Positions 1 through 10,841 of a DNA stretch of 64,000 nt are shown in pieces. Made by a program: the position numbers and the translations under genes. Under the pieces are notes generated by a model. It did not search any database. It was not told where the DNA came from and saw only the letters and a list, made by a program, of their open reading frames with translations. The stretch lies in the sequence record SRR20825019_638, one strand, 5' to 3'. The number at the start of each line of letters is the position of its first letter. Position 1 is the stretch's first letter.

Positions 1-35
1 GAATCCAGCGCGTCTACCAATTCCGCCACCAAGGC
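1..35 (-). tRNA. tRNA-Leu, 5' half only (truncated by window edge; anticodon starts with C, so CAA or CAG)
   Basis: Reverse complement GCCTTGGTGGCGGAATTGGTAGACGCGCTGGATTC gives the acceptor 5' strand, a Leu-type D-arm (GGCGGAATTGGTAGACGC) and the anticodon stem. TAGCTTTG promoter upstream at 64-71 (minus). Confidence 0.88.
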
Positions 36-137
36 ATTTGGTACACATTTTCAAATGCGAGTGCAAAGCTAAAAAATATTTTTTATTTATCACCAAAAAA
101 TACTTTGATTTATCCTTGAGCAACCCAATTTAATTTT

Positions 138-145
138 TAAATTTG
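138..145 (+). promoter_or_regulatory. Bacteroidota primary sigma -7 element for prs
   Basis: TAAATTTG matches TAnnTTTG about 50 nt upstream of the prs ATG. Confidence 0.6.
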
Positions 146-195
146 CACCTCTTTATTTTAAAGTACTTTAAAACGCTAGTTAACAAGAATTTGTA

Positions 196-1137
196 ATGGC
201 CTATCAAGTTCCCGAACCTAAAATTTTTGCTTGCACCCAAAGTGTTGAGCTGGGCAAGAAAATAGCCGCTTCCTATGGTGCGGAATTGGGAAAAATCCAG
301 TTCTCCCGTTACAGCGATGGCGAATTCCAGCCTTCGTTCGAAGAATCTATTCGGGGAGCCCGAATATTTATCATAGGCTCCACTAACCCAAGTTCGGAAA
401 ATTTGATGGAAATGTTGTTGATGCTGGATGCCGCCAAAAGAGCATCCGCAAGACACATTACTGCCGTTATGCCCTACTTTGGCTGGGCCAGACAAGATAG
501 AAAGGATAAGCCCCGTGTTCCGATAGCGGCCAAATTGGTAGCGAAAATGTTGGAGACCGCAGGTGCCACCAGGATTATTACAATGGACTTGCACGCGGAC
601 CAAATCCAAGGTTTTTTTGAAAAGCCCGTGGACCATTTGTTCGCCTCTACCCTATTCTTACCTTATTTAAGAGGTTTGAATCTTGACAACTTGTGCATTG
701 CATCTCCCGACATGGGCGGTTCCAAAAGAGCTTACGCCTATTCCAAGGCTTTGGAGTGTGAAGTGGTCATCTGTTATAAGCAAAGGGCCAAAGCGAATGT
801 TATCTCCCACATGGAACTTATAGGGGATGTTCAGGGAAAAAATGTAGTGTTGGTAGATGATATGGTGGATACCGCCGGAACACTTACCAAAGCTGCCGAT
901 TTGATGATGGAGAGAGGTGCCGAAAGCGTACGCGCCGTAACAACACATGGATTGCTTTCGGGCAAAGCATACCAAAGAATAGAAGAGTCAAAATTGTCGG
1001 AATTGATCGTAACGGATTCCATTCCCGTAGACCACGAGCAAAAGAAAATCAAAGTGTTGTCCTGTGCTGATTTGTTTGCAGATGTAATGCACAGAGTTCA
1101 CCACAATACATCCATATCATCAAAATTTTTAATGTAA
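196..1137 (+). CDS. prs: ribose-phosphate pyrophosphokinase
   Basis: SDGE, PYFGWARQDRK, DLHADQIQGFF and VDDMVDTAGT (PRPP-binding) motifs. Confidence 0.98.
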   Translation: MAYQVPEPKIFACTQSVELGKKIAASYGAELGKIQFSRYSDGEFQPSFEESIRGARIFIIGSTNPSSENLMEMLLMLDAAKRASARHITAVMPYFGWARQDRKDKPRVPIAAKLVAKMLETAGATRIITMDLHADQIQGFFEKPVDHLFASTLFLPYLRGLNLDNLCIASPDMGGSKRAYAYSKALECEVVICYKQRAKANVISHMELIGDVQGKNVVLVDDMVDTAGTLTKAADLMMERGAESVRAVTTHGLLSGKAYQRIEESKLSELIVTDSIPVDHEQKKIKVLSCADLFADVMHRVHHNTSISSKFLM

Positions 1138-1156
1138 ATCAATTTAATATATAACA

Positions 1157-1798
1157 ATGAAGTCAATTACAATCAAAGGATCCCAAAGAGAAAGCGTGGG
1201 CAAGGTCTCTACCAAAGCCTTACGTAATGCTGGAAAGGTCCCTTGCGTACTGTACGGAGGGGATAAACCAGTGCATTTTTCAGCAGATGAAATCGCATTC
1301 AAAGACTTGGTGTACACCCCAAATGCACACACAGTAGTAATTGAATTGGAGGATGGCGAAAAGTTCGCTGCCGTATTGCAGGACATTCAATTTCACCCTG
1401 TAACGGACAATATTCTTCACATCGATTTCTATCAATTGTTCGAAGACAAACCTATCACCATGAAGATTCCTGTGCGTTTGGAAGGGAACTCTCCAGGTGT
1501 TAGAAATGGTGGACGTTTGCTTTTCAGAAAGAGAAAACTTTCCATCAGAGCGTTGCCCGATTTGCTTCCTGATTTTATCACTATTGATATTTCCAAGTTG
1601 AGAATCGGTCAAACCATCGCTGTGGAATCCATCCTTAACGACGATTACACGTTCCTTCACCCAGATAGTACTGCTATCGTTCAAGTTAAAGCTTCTAGAA
1701 CATCTGTTGATGAAGAGCTAGAAGACGAAGATGAAGAAGGTGTAGAAGGAGAAGCTACCGAAGGTGGTGAAGCTCCAGAAGCAGAAGCTGCGGAATAG
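1157..1798 (+). CDS. rplY: 50S ribosomal protein L25 / general stress protein Ctc
   Basis: [23 protein letters not shown] motifs; acidic tail; prs-rplY-pth synteny. Confidence 0.97.
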   Translation: MKSITIKGSQRESVGKVSTKALRNAGKVPCVLYGGDKPVHFSADEIAFKDLVYTPNAHTVVIELEDGEKFAAVLQDIQFHPVTDNILHIDFYQLFEDKPITMKIPVRLEGNSPGVRNGGRLLFRKRKLSIRALPDLLPDFITIDISKLRIGQTIAVESILNDDYTFLHPDSTAIVQVKASRTSVDEELEDEDEEGVEGEATEGGEAPEAEAAE

Positions 1799-1819
1799 CA
1801 CTCTGAAGATTTTTATAAG

Positions 1820-1860
1820 AGCATCCCGTTTTTACCTTGGTAAAAATTTGGGATGCTTTT
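1820..1860 (+). terminator. intrinsic terminator after rplY
   Basis: AGCATCCC..GGGATGCT outer stem, TTTTTACC/GGTAAAAA inner stem, then a T-run. Confidence 0.65.
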
Positions 1861-1888
1861 GTATTTTTGGGCAAACCATCAGCAGCTA

Positions 1889-2518
1889 ATGCCCAACTTT
1901 ATCGAAAAACTTTTTGGCAAACCAAAACAACTACTACAAGAAACCGACCCTATGAAAAAATTTTTGATCGTTGGACTTGGAAACATTGGTTCCGAATACG
2001 ATGAGACACGCCACAACATTGGGTTCAAAATCCTTGATTTTTTGGCCGAACAGGAAGATTTTACTTTTGAAAGCGCCAAGCTAGGGGCCGTTGCAACGTT
2101 TAAACATAAGGGAAAAAGTGTGGTCTGCCTAAAACCATCCACCTATATGAACTTAAGCGGGAAGGCCGTAAAATATTGGATGGACAAAGAAAATATTGGT
2201 CTGAACAATATTTTAGTGATAACCGATGACATCAATCTGCCCTTTGGCACCATCCGATTAAAAGGAAAAGGTAGCGATGGCGGACACAATGGCCTTAAGG
2301 ACATCCAGAACGTTCTACAAACGACCACTTACAATAGATTCAGGTTTGGTGTAGGTTCCGATTTTGGGAAAGGCCAACAAGTGGATTATGTTTTGGGCAA
2401 ATGGGACACCGACCAACAAAAAGCTATGCCCGAACGTTTAAAAATATCAACCGACCTTATTCGCTCCTTTATTTTTGCAGGTGCAAAAAACACTATGAAT
2501 CAATTTAACGGGAAATAA
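1889..2518 (+). CDS. pth: peptidyl-tRNA hydrolase (start 1889 or 1952)
   Basis: LIVGLGN, TRHNIGF, KPSTYMNLSG, GGHNGLK motifs; TATTTTTG promoter at 1862-1869 argues against the 1853 start. Confidence 0.97.
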   Translation: MPNFIEKLFGKPKQLLQETDPMKKFLIVGLGNIGSEYDETRHNIGFKILDFLAEQEDFTFESAKLGAVATFKHKGKSVVCLKPSTYMNLSGKAVKYWMDKENIGLNNILVITDDINLPFGTIRLKGKGSDGGHNGLKDIQNVLQTTTYNRFRFGVGSDFGKGQQVDYVLGKWDTDQQKAMPERLKISTDLIRSFIFAGAKNTMNQFNGK

Positions 2519-2520
2519 GT

Positions 2521-3207
2521 TTAAAGCACTTTAAAATCGAACACTGAGGATATTGAAGTGTTTCCTTCCAAATCGGTGGTAACCACCCTCCAATAATAGA
2601 CTGTTCCGGACTCAACCCCAACCGGTAATTCCATAGTTGTGGCGTTGGCAATACCAACAGAGGTGGTAGGTGGATTGCTCTCCGAGAAGAAAACCTCAAA
2701 AGAATCGATATCCCCGTCAACATCGGCACCGGACCACTCCAGTAGTATTTCGTTCGCAATGCTCTTTTGTACCGTTGCTCCGGACATTGGACGTATCAAT
2801 TGAGCAGGAAAAGGTGCGTAGGTGGTCTGCGCCCCTGCATTGTAGAACAACCATGTGGGACTCGATGCCACTTGGTCAGAACGAGAGTTTCGCGAGGTCA
2901 CTGACCAAGCATAGGGGGTTCCCTTGGAAATGGTCAAACTCGCAGAGGTTGATGCCGTAGAAATATTTTGGGGCACATTGGTGTTCAAATTGACCACGGT
3001 GAGCGTATAACTATCCGTATTGTTGGATGCCGTCCACCTAAATGTAATCTGCGTAGCATTTTGATTGACATCCGTTCCGGTGGTACACTCAGAATTCTCT
3101 TCGGGAAATACCAACTGAGCTCCTTGTGGTGCTGGAGGAGGCCCATCGTCCCCGCCACAACCGACCAACAAAACCAAAATGAATAACCAAATTATATTTC
3201 GAATCAT
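2521..3207 (-). CDS. lipoprotein with two fibronectin-III-like beta-sandwich domains
   Basis: Lipobox LLVGC; repeated W..Y.W.V patterns (YAWSV, YYWRV). Confidence 0.7.
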   Translation of the reverse strand: MIRNIIWLFILVLLVGCGGDDGPPPAPQGAQLVFPEENSECTTGTDVNQNATQITFRWTASNNTDSYTLTVVNLNTNVPQNISTASTSASLTISKGTPYAWSVTSRNSRSDQVASSPTWLFYNAGAQTTYAPFPAQLIRPMSGATVQKSIANEILLEWSGADVDGDIDSFEVFFSESNPPTTSVGIANATTMELPVGVESGTVYYWRVVTTDLEGNTSISSVFDFKVL

Positions 3208-6200
3208 CTTTTTATCAGTTTGAACATTTCTTTTGCACCTGCCTTTTGTATACCTAGATAATAAATACCCTTGGGAAGACCAGATAGATCTAATTGTAAA
3301 TCATCTCCCGCAACCTTTCGGTTCTCCGTTCGAACCAATCTACCATTTGATGTAAAAATCTGCACAGCTACATCGCCCTCATAACCCGCTATGTAAACCG
3401 AGGTAATGGCATCTACGGGATTTGGCGAAATTATTGGTCTTGAAGAATAGAACAGGGTTTCCTCTATCACACCTTGACAAGGCAGATTAGAATATACTTT
3501 CAGGGTGTTAGAGCCTTCTTTAAGTGCAAGCTGGACTCTTGATTCTTCAGTTTGAGTGACCAGACCATTAAGTTCCACATTATAAAGGGTGGCACCGCTC
3601 AATTCAACACTTAAAATGCCAGAGTCCATCAGCGCATTGATATCCAGCACATCTGGCTGGGAAACCATAGCATTGAAGCACACTTCCTCATACGTTATCA
3701 AACCATTGGTGCCCGTAATGCAAAGCGAATATTCACCGGAAACAAGACTGTCAAAGGTTAGGGTATCCGTAAAATCAAACGACTCTGCACCGCCAGGGCC
3801 ATCCAAAACGGCCGTATAGTTAATGGAAGTATCAACAGGAACAATTGTTATGGAGCCATCGTCATTGCTTCGGCAAGTTTCACTATCTATTTCTATTTCA
3901 AAATTATCCGAAGCAAACCTATATATTGCACATCCGTTGGTATCCACTTCAACACCTTTGGGAGTTCCAAGACATAGATCGTCTCCATCATCAAAAACAC
4001 CATCATCGTCTTCATCTGGTCTATAGTTCCCTTCAATACATATATCCAACGAAAAATCTATTAAACTTCCTCCATCACTCGCTGCTGTATCTTGAATTTC
4101 TAAAACCCACTGGCCCAAAATGGACTCCCCTTTTAAGGACGATAAAAAACCGATTGGAGCTACGGTTCCAGATATAGCCGGATTTCCTGAACATGCTATG
4201 GGATCCCCATCGTCATCAAAAACTGCATTTATATTTCTTAAATCACCACAGGTGTTAGAAATAAGGGTTACCCTTGTACCCATGGGAGAAATAAGGGTGA
4301 CTATTAAATCCTCCAGATAGGTATGGTCCAACTGCAAGTTCACGTTTACATCGGATATCGGTAAATCTTCCACAAACAAAACAGATGTGGTAATTGTTGG
4401 GGTACCTGATGAAGATATGTTGATGGGCAAATCATTGGATTCCCTATTCTTACAATTTACTTGTGATGTTATAAAACTGAAAGGCGTGCCAAATGTTCCC
4501 GTCCCACAGCCATTGTTGGGCCTTACCCTCCAAAAATACTCGGTTTCGGCTTCCAGACTATTGGTTTTAAAAGTTGTGATAGGAGTTGATGCAGATTGTA
4601 CAATATCCGCAAACCCTGCATCAGTGGCCACTTCAACATCGTAGTTAGAGTACAGGGGGTTCTCCTGCCAACTGAGTTCAGCATCCAAAGAAACCCCTAC
4701 CTCACCATTGGCCGGGGAGAGCAAGGCAACATCAGAAAAAGTACCATCCTGTACGGTAAGGGAAAGAACTACACTTTTAGTAACCGATGTTGATTCGGAA
4801 GAAACCGTAATATCGTATACACCCGGAGCAATATTGTCCGTGTTGGACAGCGTCAACTCAACGGCAGTTTCATCAACACTTGCGTCAATCGGGGAAAAGT
4901 TTGCCGTTAATCCCGCCGGCACATCCACCGAAAATGTAGAATTCTCATTGAAACCTGCATAGGTTTCGTATGTAAAAGGAATTATGATGTCATCTGGTTG
5001 ACATACTTCATACTCCAACGATTCAAAATTCAAGACTACTTCGGATTGCTCTATGACAAAGTTCGTGCTATTGACCGCAAAGAATATATTTTCGCTTGCC
5101 TTTACCATAATCCTCCCTGTATTTGTGGTATTTCCAGGCAAAAGGATTTCCTCCGAACCATCGTTAAGGGTGTTCTCCAAAAGTGTTATCGGAAAGGTAA
5201 GCCCCCCATCCAAAGAGAGGAATATATCCACATTTTGGGCATTAATGGGAGCAACATCAGTATTAGCAACATCCCATGTAACTTCTTGAACAGAACCCGC
5301 TTGATACACTTGAGCCTCGGTTTGGGAAGTCACCGAAAAAGGCCCTGACGCTTTTATGACCCTTACATTGAGGACATCGGAGACCACTTGCCCTCCTCCG
5401 TTTGCATTATCCCGAACGGTAAAAGCAAAACCAAGATTCCGTTCAATATCAGAAATGGTCTCCCACGCCGCCCCTACATTTGGATTGGTCTGTGTTAGGT
5501 TACCCTGTGCCACTCGGGATAGTCGTGGAAAATATCGTATTGGAGAAGTAGTTGGCCTGAGAGATCTAAAGTTGGCACCACTGGGATTGATGGAGCCAAA
5601 CGACGACCTAGTGACCAGGCCATCATCTATTTGCTCCCACGTATACGTAAGCACATCGCCTACATCTGGGTCTGTGGCACTACCTTCCAAAACAAAGGCA
5701 GTACCCTTAGGGATAATATAATCGTCAACTGGGGTTACAACTGGTGGAGAATTTACCAATGCCACCGTTTCGGCACAAGAAGTCGTTTCCAAATAAGCTG
5801 AAATTTGCAGTATGCTATAAAAATGAAAATAATCATCACCATTGGCCGCCACATTATTTCCTGTAACGATGCCCGCATACCCCATTATCGTAGATCCACT
5901 TGCGGGTTCTGCTTGTACGCCGGTTCCCTCCGACTCGAAGGACCATGTATGATTAGCTCCAAATTGATGGCCCAACTCATGTGCCACAAAATCCAAGTCA
6001 TATACATCTCCCTGCGGATTATTGGCCGACGAAAAAGCACTACCCTTTCTGTTATCCACACAAACGGAAGCTATAAATCCGGCATTACCATTATCTAAAC
6101 CTTCTCCCACTTGATGGAAAAGATGGCCAACATCATAATTCGCCTCTCCAATCCTAGAAGTAATGGTAGACTGTACTTCGGAATTCAAACTATTTCCATA

Positions 6201-6998
6201 CGGGTCTGTATTGGGATTGGTGAAGATAATCTCATCATTGTTGGGCACAAGCTCCAATGTAACTCCTAAATCTGTTTCAAAAACTTCATTTACGCGTGTC
6301 AATGTGGCATTGATTCCCGCCAGGGCATCGGCCACGGTACCGCCAAGTTCTTGAGTATACTCCCCGGAGGCGGAGACTGCGATTCTATACTTTCGTAGCA
6401 CCTGATCATCTACCAAGGGAACAATTGTCTTGAGAGTACCACCCGATGATTTGTTTTCGGAACCAAACAAATCCTTTGCGGTAGCACAGATAAAATCCAT
6501 TTTGGAAGAAAACCCATCCTCCTTATCATACACAACATAAGTGTTGGGCCTGTTGGAAACCGGCTCCATAAAAGCCGTTTTGTTATTCTGTAAATCCACA
6601 ACCATAGATTGCAAGCCTTTGTGGGAACTACTCAGCTTTACCTTGTACCTACCATCCAAACTTACCCCGGTATAGGATTTTATGTTGGGATATTTTTGGG
6701 CCAGATCTGGATGCAACACCGATGTTTCCTTCAAATTGAAGGGAACAATAACACCTTCGCCGTCGGGAAGATATACTATTTTACCTACCGACTTTGCGGC
6801 GGAAAAAGATTTTATCTGGGTTGAAAAGGCCGTTTTATCCAATAACAAAACCTTTGTAGCCCCCGAAATATCCATAAGGGAAGCACTTCGTAGGCTGGAC
6901 TGTTTGGGCTCTGTTTTCCAATAACCTTGCTGCCCAAAAATGCAAAAGCAGCTAAAAAATATGGTTATTGAAAAAACAAGATGTAATTTAGCTTTCAT
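3204..6998 (-). CDS. reprolysin-like (M12B) zinc metallopeptidase with FN3, proprotein-convertase P-domain, TSP3-like Ca-binding segment and T9SS type A sorting domain
   Basis: HELGHQFGANH zinc motif, Met-turn STIMGYAG, HTYLEDLIVTLISP P-domain, DEDDDGVFDDGDDLC, C-terminal SPNP...LPKGIYYL...KLIKR. Confidence 0.9.
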   Translation of the reverse strand: MKAKLHLVFSITIFFSCFCIFGQQGYWKTEPKQSSLRSASLMDISGATKVLLLDKTAFSTQIKSFSAAKSVGKIVYLPDGEGVIVPFNLKETSVLHPDLAQKYPNIKSYTGVSLDGRYKVKLSSSHKGLQSMVVDLQNNKTAFMEPVSNRPNTYVVYDKEDGFSSKMDFICATAKDLFGSENKSSGGTLKTIVPLVDDQVLRKYRIAVSASGEYTQELGGTVADALAGINATLTRVNEVFETDLGVTLELVPNNDEIIFTNPNTDPYGNSLNSEVQSTITSRIGEANYDVGHLFHQVGEGLDNGNAGFIASVCVDNRKGSAFSSANNPQGDVYDLDFVAHELGHQFGANHTWSFESEGTGVQAEPASGSTIMGYAGIVTGNNVAANGDDYFHFYSILQISAYLETTSCAETVALVNSPPVVTPVDDYIIPKGTAFVLEGSATDPDVGDVLTYTWEQIDDGLVTRSSFGSINPSGANFRSLRPTTSPIRYFPRLSRVAQGNLTQTNPNVGAAWETISDIERNLGFAFTVRDNANGGGQVVSDVLNVRVIKASGPFSVTSQTEAQVYQAGSVQEVTWDVANTDVAPINAQNVDIFLSLDGGLTFPITLLENTLNDGSEEILLPGNTTNTGRIMVKASENIFFAVNSTNFVIEQSEVVLNFESLEYEVCQPDDIIIPFTYETYAGFNENSTFSVDVPAGLTANFSPIDASVDETAVELTLSNTDNIAPGVYDITVSSESTSVTKSVVLSLTVQDGTFSDVALLSPANGEVGVSLDAELSWQENPLYSNYDVEVATDAGFADIVQSASTPITTFKTNSLEAETEYFWRVRPNNGCGTGTFGTPFSFITSQVNCKNRESNDLPINISSSGTPTITTSVLFVEDLPISDVNVNLQLDHTYLEDLIVTLISPMGTRVTLISNTCGDLRNINAVFDDDGDPIACSGNPAISGTVAPIGFLSSLKGESILGQWVLEIQDTAASDGGSLIDFSLDICIEGNYRPDEDDDGVFDDGDDLCLGTPKGVEVDTNGCAIYRFASDNFEIEIDSETCRSNDDGSITIVPVDTSINYTAVLDGPGGAESFDFTDTLTFDSLVSGEYSLCITGTNGLITYEEVCFNAMVSQPDVLDINALMDSGILSVELSGATLYNVELNGLVTQTEESRVQLALKEGSNTLKVYSNLPCQGVIEETLFYSSRPIISPNPVDAITSVYIAGYEGDVAVQIFTSNGRLVRTENRKVAGDDLQLDLSGLPKGIYYLGIQKAGAKEMFKLIKR

Positions 6999-7056
6999 AC
7001 ACGGTTAGGGCATAGTATATTTTCAAATGTAAGCCTTTTTTATTTCTTTATTTGAG

Positions 7057-7986
7057 TTGGAAACAATCCACAACATTTCTGATTTTAAGGACATTCCGCA
7101 CCACACTGTGGTGACCATCGGCACATTCGACGGTGTACATTTAGGACACCGCCAGATACTGAAACGTCTCACAAATAGTGCCAAAAACACAGGTCTTAAG
7201 TCAACAGTGCTCACTTTTTTTCCTCATCCCCGAATGGTATTGCAGAAGGATGTGGACATTAAATTGCTGAACACCCTTGAAGAAAAAAAGCAGATTCTGG
7301 AAACTTTGGGATTGGATTATTTGATCATACATCCGTTTACCAAACAATTCTCTAGACTTTCAGCTGTCGATTTCGTTCGTGACATTTTGGTGAACAACAT
7401 AAAGAGCAAGAGAATCATCATTGGTTACGACCACAGATTTGGCCGCAATCGAAATGCCAATATCCAAGATCTGACCACATTCGGCAATACCTTCGATTTT
7501 GAGGTAGAGGAAATTCCCGCCCAAGAAATCGATGATGTTTCAGTAAGTTCTACTAAAATCAGAAAGGCGCTTTTGGAAGGCGATGTGGAAACCGCCAACA
7601 ATTACCTGAGCTATGCCTACATGCTTACCGGAACGGTTAAAAAGGGCAAAGGTCTGGGAAGGGACTTTGGATTTCCGACCGCCAACCTTCATATTGCCGA
7701 AGAATACAAGCTCATTCCCAAAAATGGTGCCTACGTGGTCAAAAGTCAACTTAACGGGAAAGAGTTTTTTGGAATGATGAATATTGGTTTCAACCCTACC
7801 GTGGACGGTTCCCAAAAAAGTATCGAAGTCAATTTCTTTGATTTTGAGGGTGACCTGTACGATAAAAAAATCCAAGTGCAACTGTTGCACCGCATACGCG
7901 ACGAGCATAAGTTCAACTCTATAGAAGAACTTAAGCAACAATTAAAAAAGGACAAAGACCATTCGTTGGACCTAATCTCCAAGTAA
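7057..7986 (+). CDS. ribF: bifunctional riboflavin kinase / FAD synthetase
   Basis: GTFDGVHLGH, GYDHRFG, VSSTKIR, GFPTAN motifs. Confidence 0.97.
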   Translation: METIHNISDFKDIPHHTVVTIGTFDGVHLGHRQILKRLTNSAKNTGLKSTVLTFFPHPRMVLQKDVDIKLLNTLEEKKQILETLGLDYLIIHPFTKQFSRLSAVDFVRDILVNNIKSKRIIIGYDHRFGRNRNANIQDLTTFGNTFDFEVEEIPAQEIDDVSVSSTKIRKALLEGDVETANNYLSYAYMLTGTVKKGKGLGRDFGFPTANLHIAEEYKLIPKNGAYVVKSQLNGKEFFGMMNIGFNPTVDGSQKSIEVNFFDFEGDLYDKKIQVQLLHRIRDEHKFNSIEELKQQLKKDKDHSLDLISK

Positions 7987-9303
7987 ATGTTGGACCAATT
8001 TCTATTTAAGAAGATTGACAACGCACAACTTGTGGTTTTCCGGATATTTTATGGACTGTTGGTCAGCGCGGAATGCTATGGCGCCATAGCAACGGGTTGG
8101 GTGCGCCGAACCTTGGTGGAGCCCGACTTCACTTTTTCTTTTATCTGGTTTGAATGGTTGCAACCACTGCCAGGAAATGCTATGTACATCTACTTCGCTG
8201 TGATGGGCACTTTGGGACTTTTGATAGCATTTGGATACAAGTATCGATTTAGCGCTTTGGCATTTGCCATATTGTGGTCCGGTGTGTATCTGATGCAGAA
8301 AACAAGCTACAACAATCACTATTACCTGTTGATGCTGCTCGCCTATATTATGGCCTTTTTACCTGCCCATCGAGATGCTTCGTTGGATGCAAAATTAAAC
8401 CCTGGGCTACGTTCACAATCCATGTACAACTGGGTTCGATGGATCATTATCCTTCAACTCTTTATTGTGTACACCTATGCATCCATCGCTAAACTATATG
8501 CAGATTGGCTGGATTTTAGCATGATAGACGTGCTCATGAGCTCCAAAAAGAACTATTATTTAATCGGTGATTTTTTACAACAAAAATGGGTCCACAAAAT
8601 CATAGCAGTTTTCGGTATTTGCTTTGATTTGCTGATTGTACCTGCCCTACTTTGGAAACCTACACGGAAATTGGCCTTTATATTGTCCATTTTCTTTCAC
8701 TTGTTCAATAGCATCGTGTTTCAGATTGGTATTTTTCCATACCTGTCGCTAGCGTTTATCGTCTTCTTTTTTGAACCGCAGAGCATCAGAAACATCTTTT
8801 TAAGGACAAAAAAAATCATTCCAGAAACGAAGATTATCATCCCCAAAGCCAAGAATGCGATTTTGACGGTCCTTGGGATTTATTTTTTGTTTCAATTGAT
8901 CTTACCGCTTCGTCACCATTTTTTTGAGGATGATGTGCTTTGGAACGAAGAAGGCCACCGTTTGAGTTGGCGCATGATGCTCCGTAGCCGTGGAGGAAGA
9001 ATCACCTACAAAGTAGTGAACTCCCAAACCAAGGATACGGTCGAAGTCGACCTGGAAAATTATCTGACCGCAAAACAACAGCAGCGAGTATCCTGCTACC
9101 CCGACTTTACTTGGCAGTTTGCACAACACCTTAAAAAGGAATATGCCCAAAAAGGAGAGGAAATTGAGGTTTATGTGAACAACAGGGTCAAGATTAACCA
9201 AAGTCCGTATCAACAATTTATTGATCCTAATGTGGATCTGGCCAGCGTTCCATGGAAACATTTTGCCCACAACGACTGGATTCTGCCCTCTCCCAAGGAA
9301 TAA
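7987..9303 (+). CDS. HTTM domain membrane protein (vitamin K-dependent gamma-carboxylase-like)
   Basis: Multiple TM segments; YNNHYYL, FHLFN..FQIGIFP, WNEEGHRLSWRMMLR. Confidence 0.88.
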   Translation: MLDQFLFKKIDNAQLVVFRIFYGLLVSAECYGAIATGWVRRTLVEPDFTFSFIWFEWLQPLPGNAMYIYFAVMGTLGLLIAFGYKYRFSALAFAILWSGVYLMQKTSYNNHYYLLMLLAYIMAFLPAHRDASLDAKLNPGLRSQSMYNWVRWIIILQLFIVYTYASIAKLYADWLDFSMIDVLMSSKKNYYLIGDFLQQKWVHKIIAVFGICFDLLIVPALLWKPTRKLAFILSIFFHLFNSIVFQIGIFPYLSLAFIVFFFEPQSIRNIFLRTKKIIPETKIIIPKAKNAILTVLGIYFLFQLILPLRHHFFEDDVLWNEEGHRLSWRMMLRSRGGRITYKVVNSQTKDTVEVDLENYLTAKQQQRVSCYPDFTWQFAQHLKKEYAQKGEEIEVYVNNRVKINQSPYQQFIDPNVDLASVPWKHFAHNDWILPSPKE

Positions 9304-9353
9304 AGTTGGGCACTTCTCCAGATTAAATTAAATTTGCGCCTCAAAACAAGGCC

Positions 9354-10625
9354 ATGCTTCAATTACAGAACATCAGGGAAAACCAGGAAAGTATCATCAC
9401 CGCTCTAAAAAAGCGAAACATCGATGCCGCACCTATGCTATCAAAGGTTTTGGAACTCGACGAAAAAAGACGTTCCATCCAAACCGAACTGGATGCGACC
9501 TTGGCCGAATCCAATAAGCTTTCCAAAGAAATTGGCATGCTCTTCAAAACAGGAAAAGCACAGGAAGCCAATGCCCTAAAAGAAAAAACCGCTGGACTCA
9601 AAGAAGCATCCAAAAAATTGGGTGACGATCTAAATACAACTGCCGATGAACTTCAGCAGCAATTATATTTGATTCCAAACGTGCCCCACGAATCCGTTCC
9701 AGCGGGCAGCTCGGAGGAGGACAACGAAGAAATTTTCAAGGAAGGCGACATCCCAACTTTGTTCGAAGGAGCACTTCCTCACTGGGAATTGGCGAAAAAA
9801 TATGATATCATCGATTTTGAGCTCGGTGTTAAAATTACCGGGGCAGGTTTCCCCGTATACAAAGGAAAAGGAGCCCGTTTACAGCGTGCCCTCATTTCAT
9901 ATTTTTTGGATAAGAATGCCGAAGCAGGTTACACCGAAATGCAAGTGCCGCTTATGGTAAACGAAGACTCTGGTTATGGAACAGGTCAGTTGCCCGACAA
10001 GGAAGGTCAAATGTACCATGTACAGGCCGATGATTTGTACCTTATCCCAACGGCCGAAGTACCCGTTACCAATTTACACCGTGGCGACCTCTTGGCCGAA
10101 AGTGATTTTCCCATTAAATATACCGGCTACACCCCTTGCTTCCGTCGTGAGGCAGGTAGTTATGGGGCACACGTTCGTGGTTTGAACCGTTTGCACCAGT
10201 TTGACAAAGTGGAAATCGTGCGATTGGAGCACCCCGACAATTCATACCAAGCCTTGGATGAAATGGTGGAGCATGTAAAGAACATTCTTCGTGAATTGAA
10301 ATTGCCCTATCGAATCCTTCGTCTTTGCGGAGGGGATTTGGGCTTCACTTCTGCATTGACTTTTGATTTTGAAGTGTTCTCGACCGCTCAGGATCGTTGG
10401 TTGGAAATCAGTTCCGTATCCAATTTTGAGACCTTCCAGGCCAACCGTTTGAAGCTTCGTTACAAGGATGAAAACGGAAAAAGTCAACTAGCCCACACCT
10501 TGAACGGAAGTTCGTTGGCACTGCCAAGGGTACTTGCCGGAATTTTGGAGAACTATCAGACCGATTCAGGCATCAAAATACCTGACGTACTGGTTCCCTA
10601 TTGCGGTTTTGACACTATCGATTAA
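9354..10625 (+). CDS. serS: serine--tRNA ligase
   Basis: N-terminal coiled coil, LIPTAEVP, FRREAGSYG, RLHQFDKVE, EISSVSN, HTLNGS; TAAATTTG promoter at 9329-9336. Confidence 0.98.
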   Translation: MLQLQNIRENQESIITALKKRNIDAAPMLSKVLELDEKRRSIQTELDATLAESNKLSKEIGMLFKTGKAQEANALKEKTAGLKEASKKLGDDLNTTADELQQQLYLIPNVPHESVPAGSSEEDNEEIFKEGDIPTLFEGALPHWELAKKYDIIDFELGVKITGAGFPVYKGKGARLQRALISYFLDKNAEAGYTEMQVPLMVNEDSGYGTGQLPDKEGQMYHVQADDLYLIPTAEVPVTNLHRGDLLAESDFPIKYTGYTPCFRREAGSYGAHVRGLNRLHQFDKVEIVRLEHPDNSYQALDEMVEHVKNILRELKLPYRILRLCGGDLGFTSALTFDFEVFSTAQDRWLEISSVSNFETFQANRLKLRYKDENGKSQLAHTLNGSSLALPRVLAGILENYQTDSGIKIPDVLVPYCGFDTID

Positions 10626-10735
10626 GGTTTAAACCATTAATTTGGATTCGGTTAACAGAATCCCCCACATTTCTGCGTTATATTTGAAATAAAACACAAT
10701 TGGTTAAAGTCCATGGTTTTTATTTTGAGTACAAT

Positions 10736-10817
10736 TGTCATTCCGACAAAGCGAAGCGACGAGGAATCTCACAACCCTGAACTTGAGATGAGATTTCTCA
10801 CTACGTTCGAAATGACA
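10736..10817. repeat. inverted pair of REP-like palindromes
   Basis: TGTCATTCCGACAAAGCGAAGCGACGAGGAATCT (10736-10769) and AGATTTCTCACTACGTTCGAAATGACA (10791-10817); homologs at 34134-34166 and at 34092, 35517, 43825. Confidence 0.9.
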
Positions 10818-10841
10818 CGACACTCTTATTAATTGTTGCTA

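Noticed and set aside
1-200. tRNA-Leu as an island integration site
   Set aside because: Only the 5' end is in the window, the adjacent DNA is core prs-rplY-pth, and no integrase or att duplication is visible.
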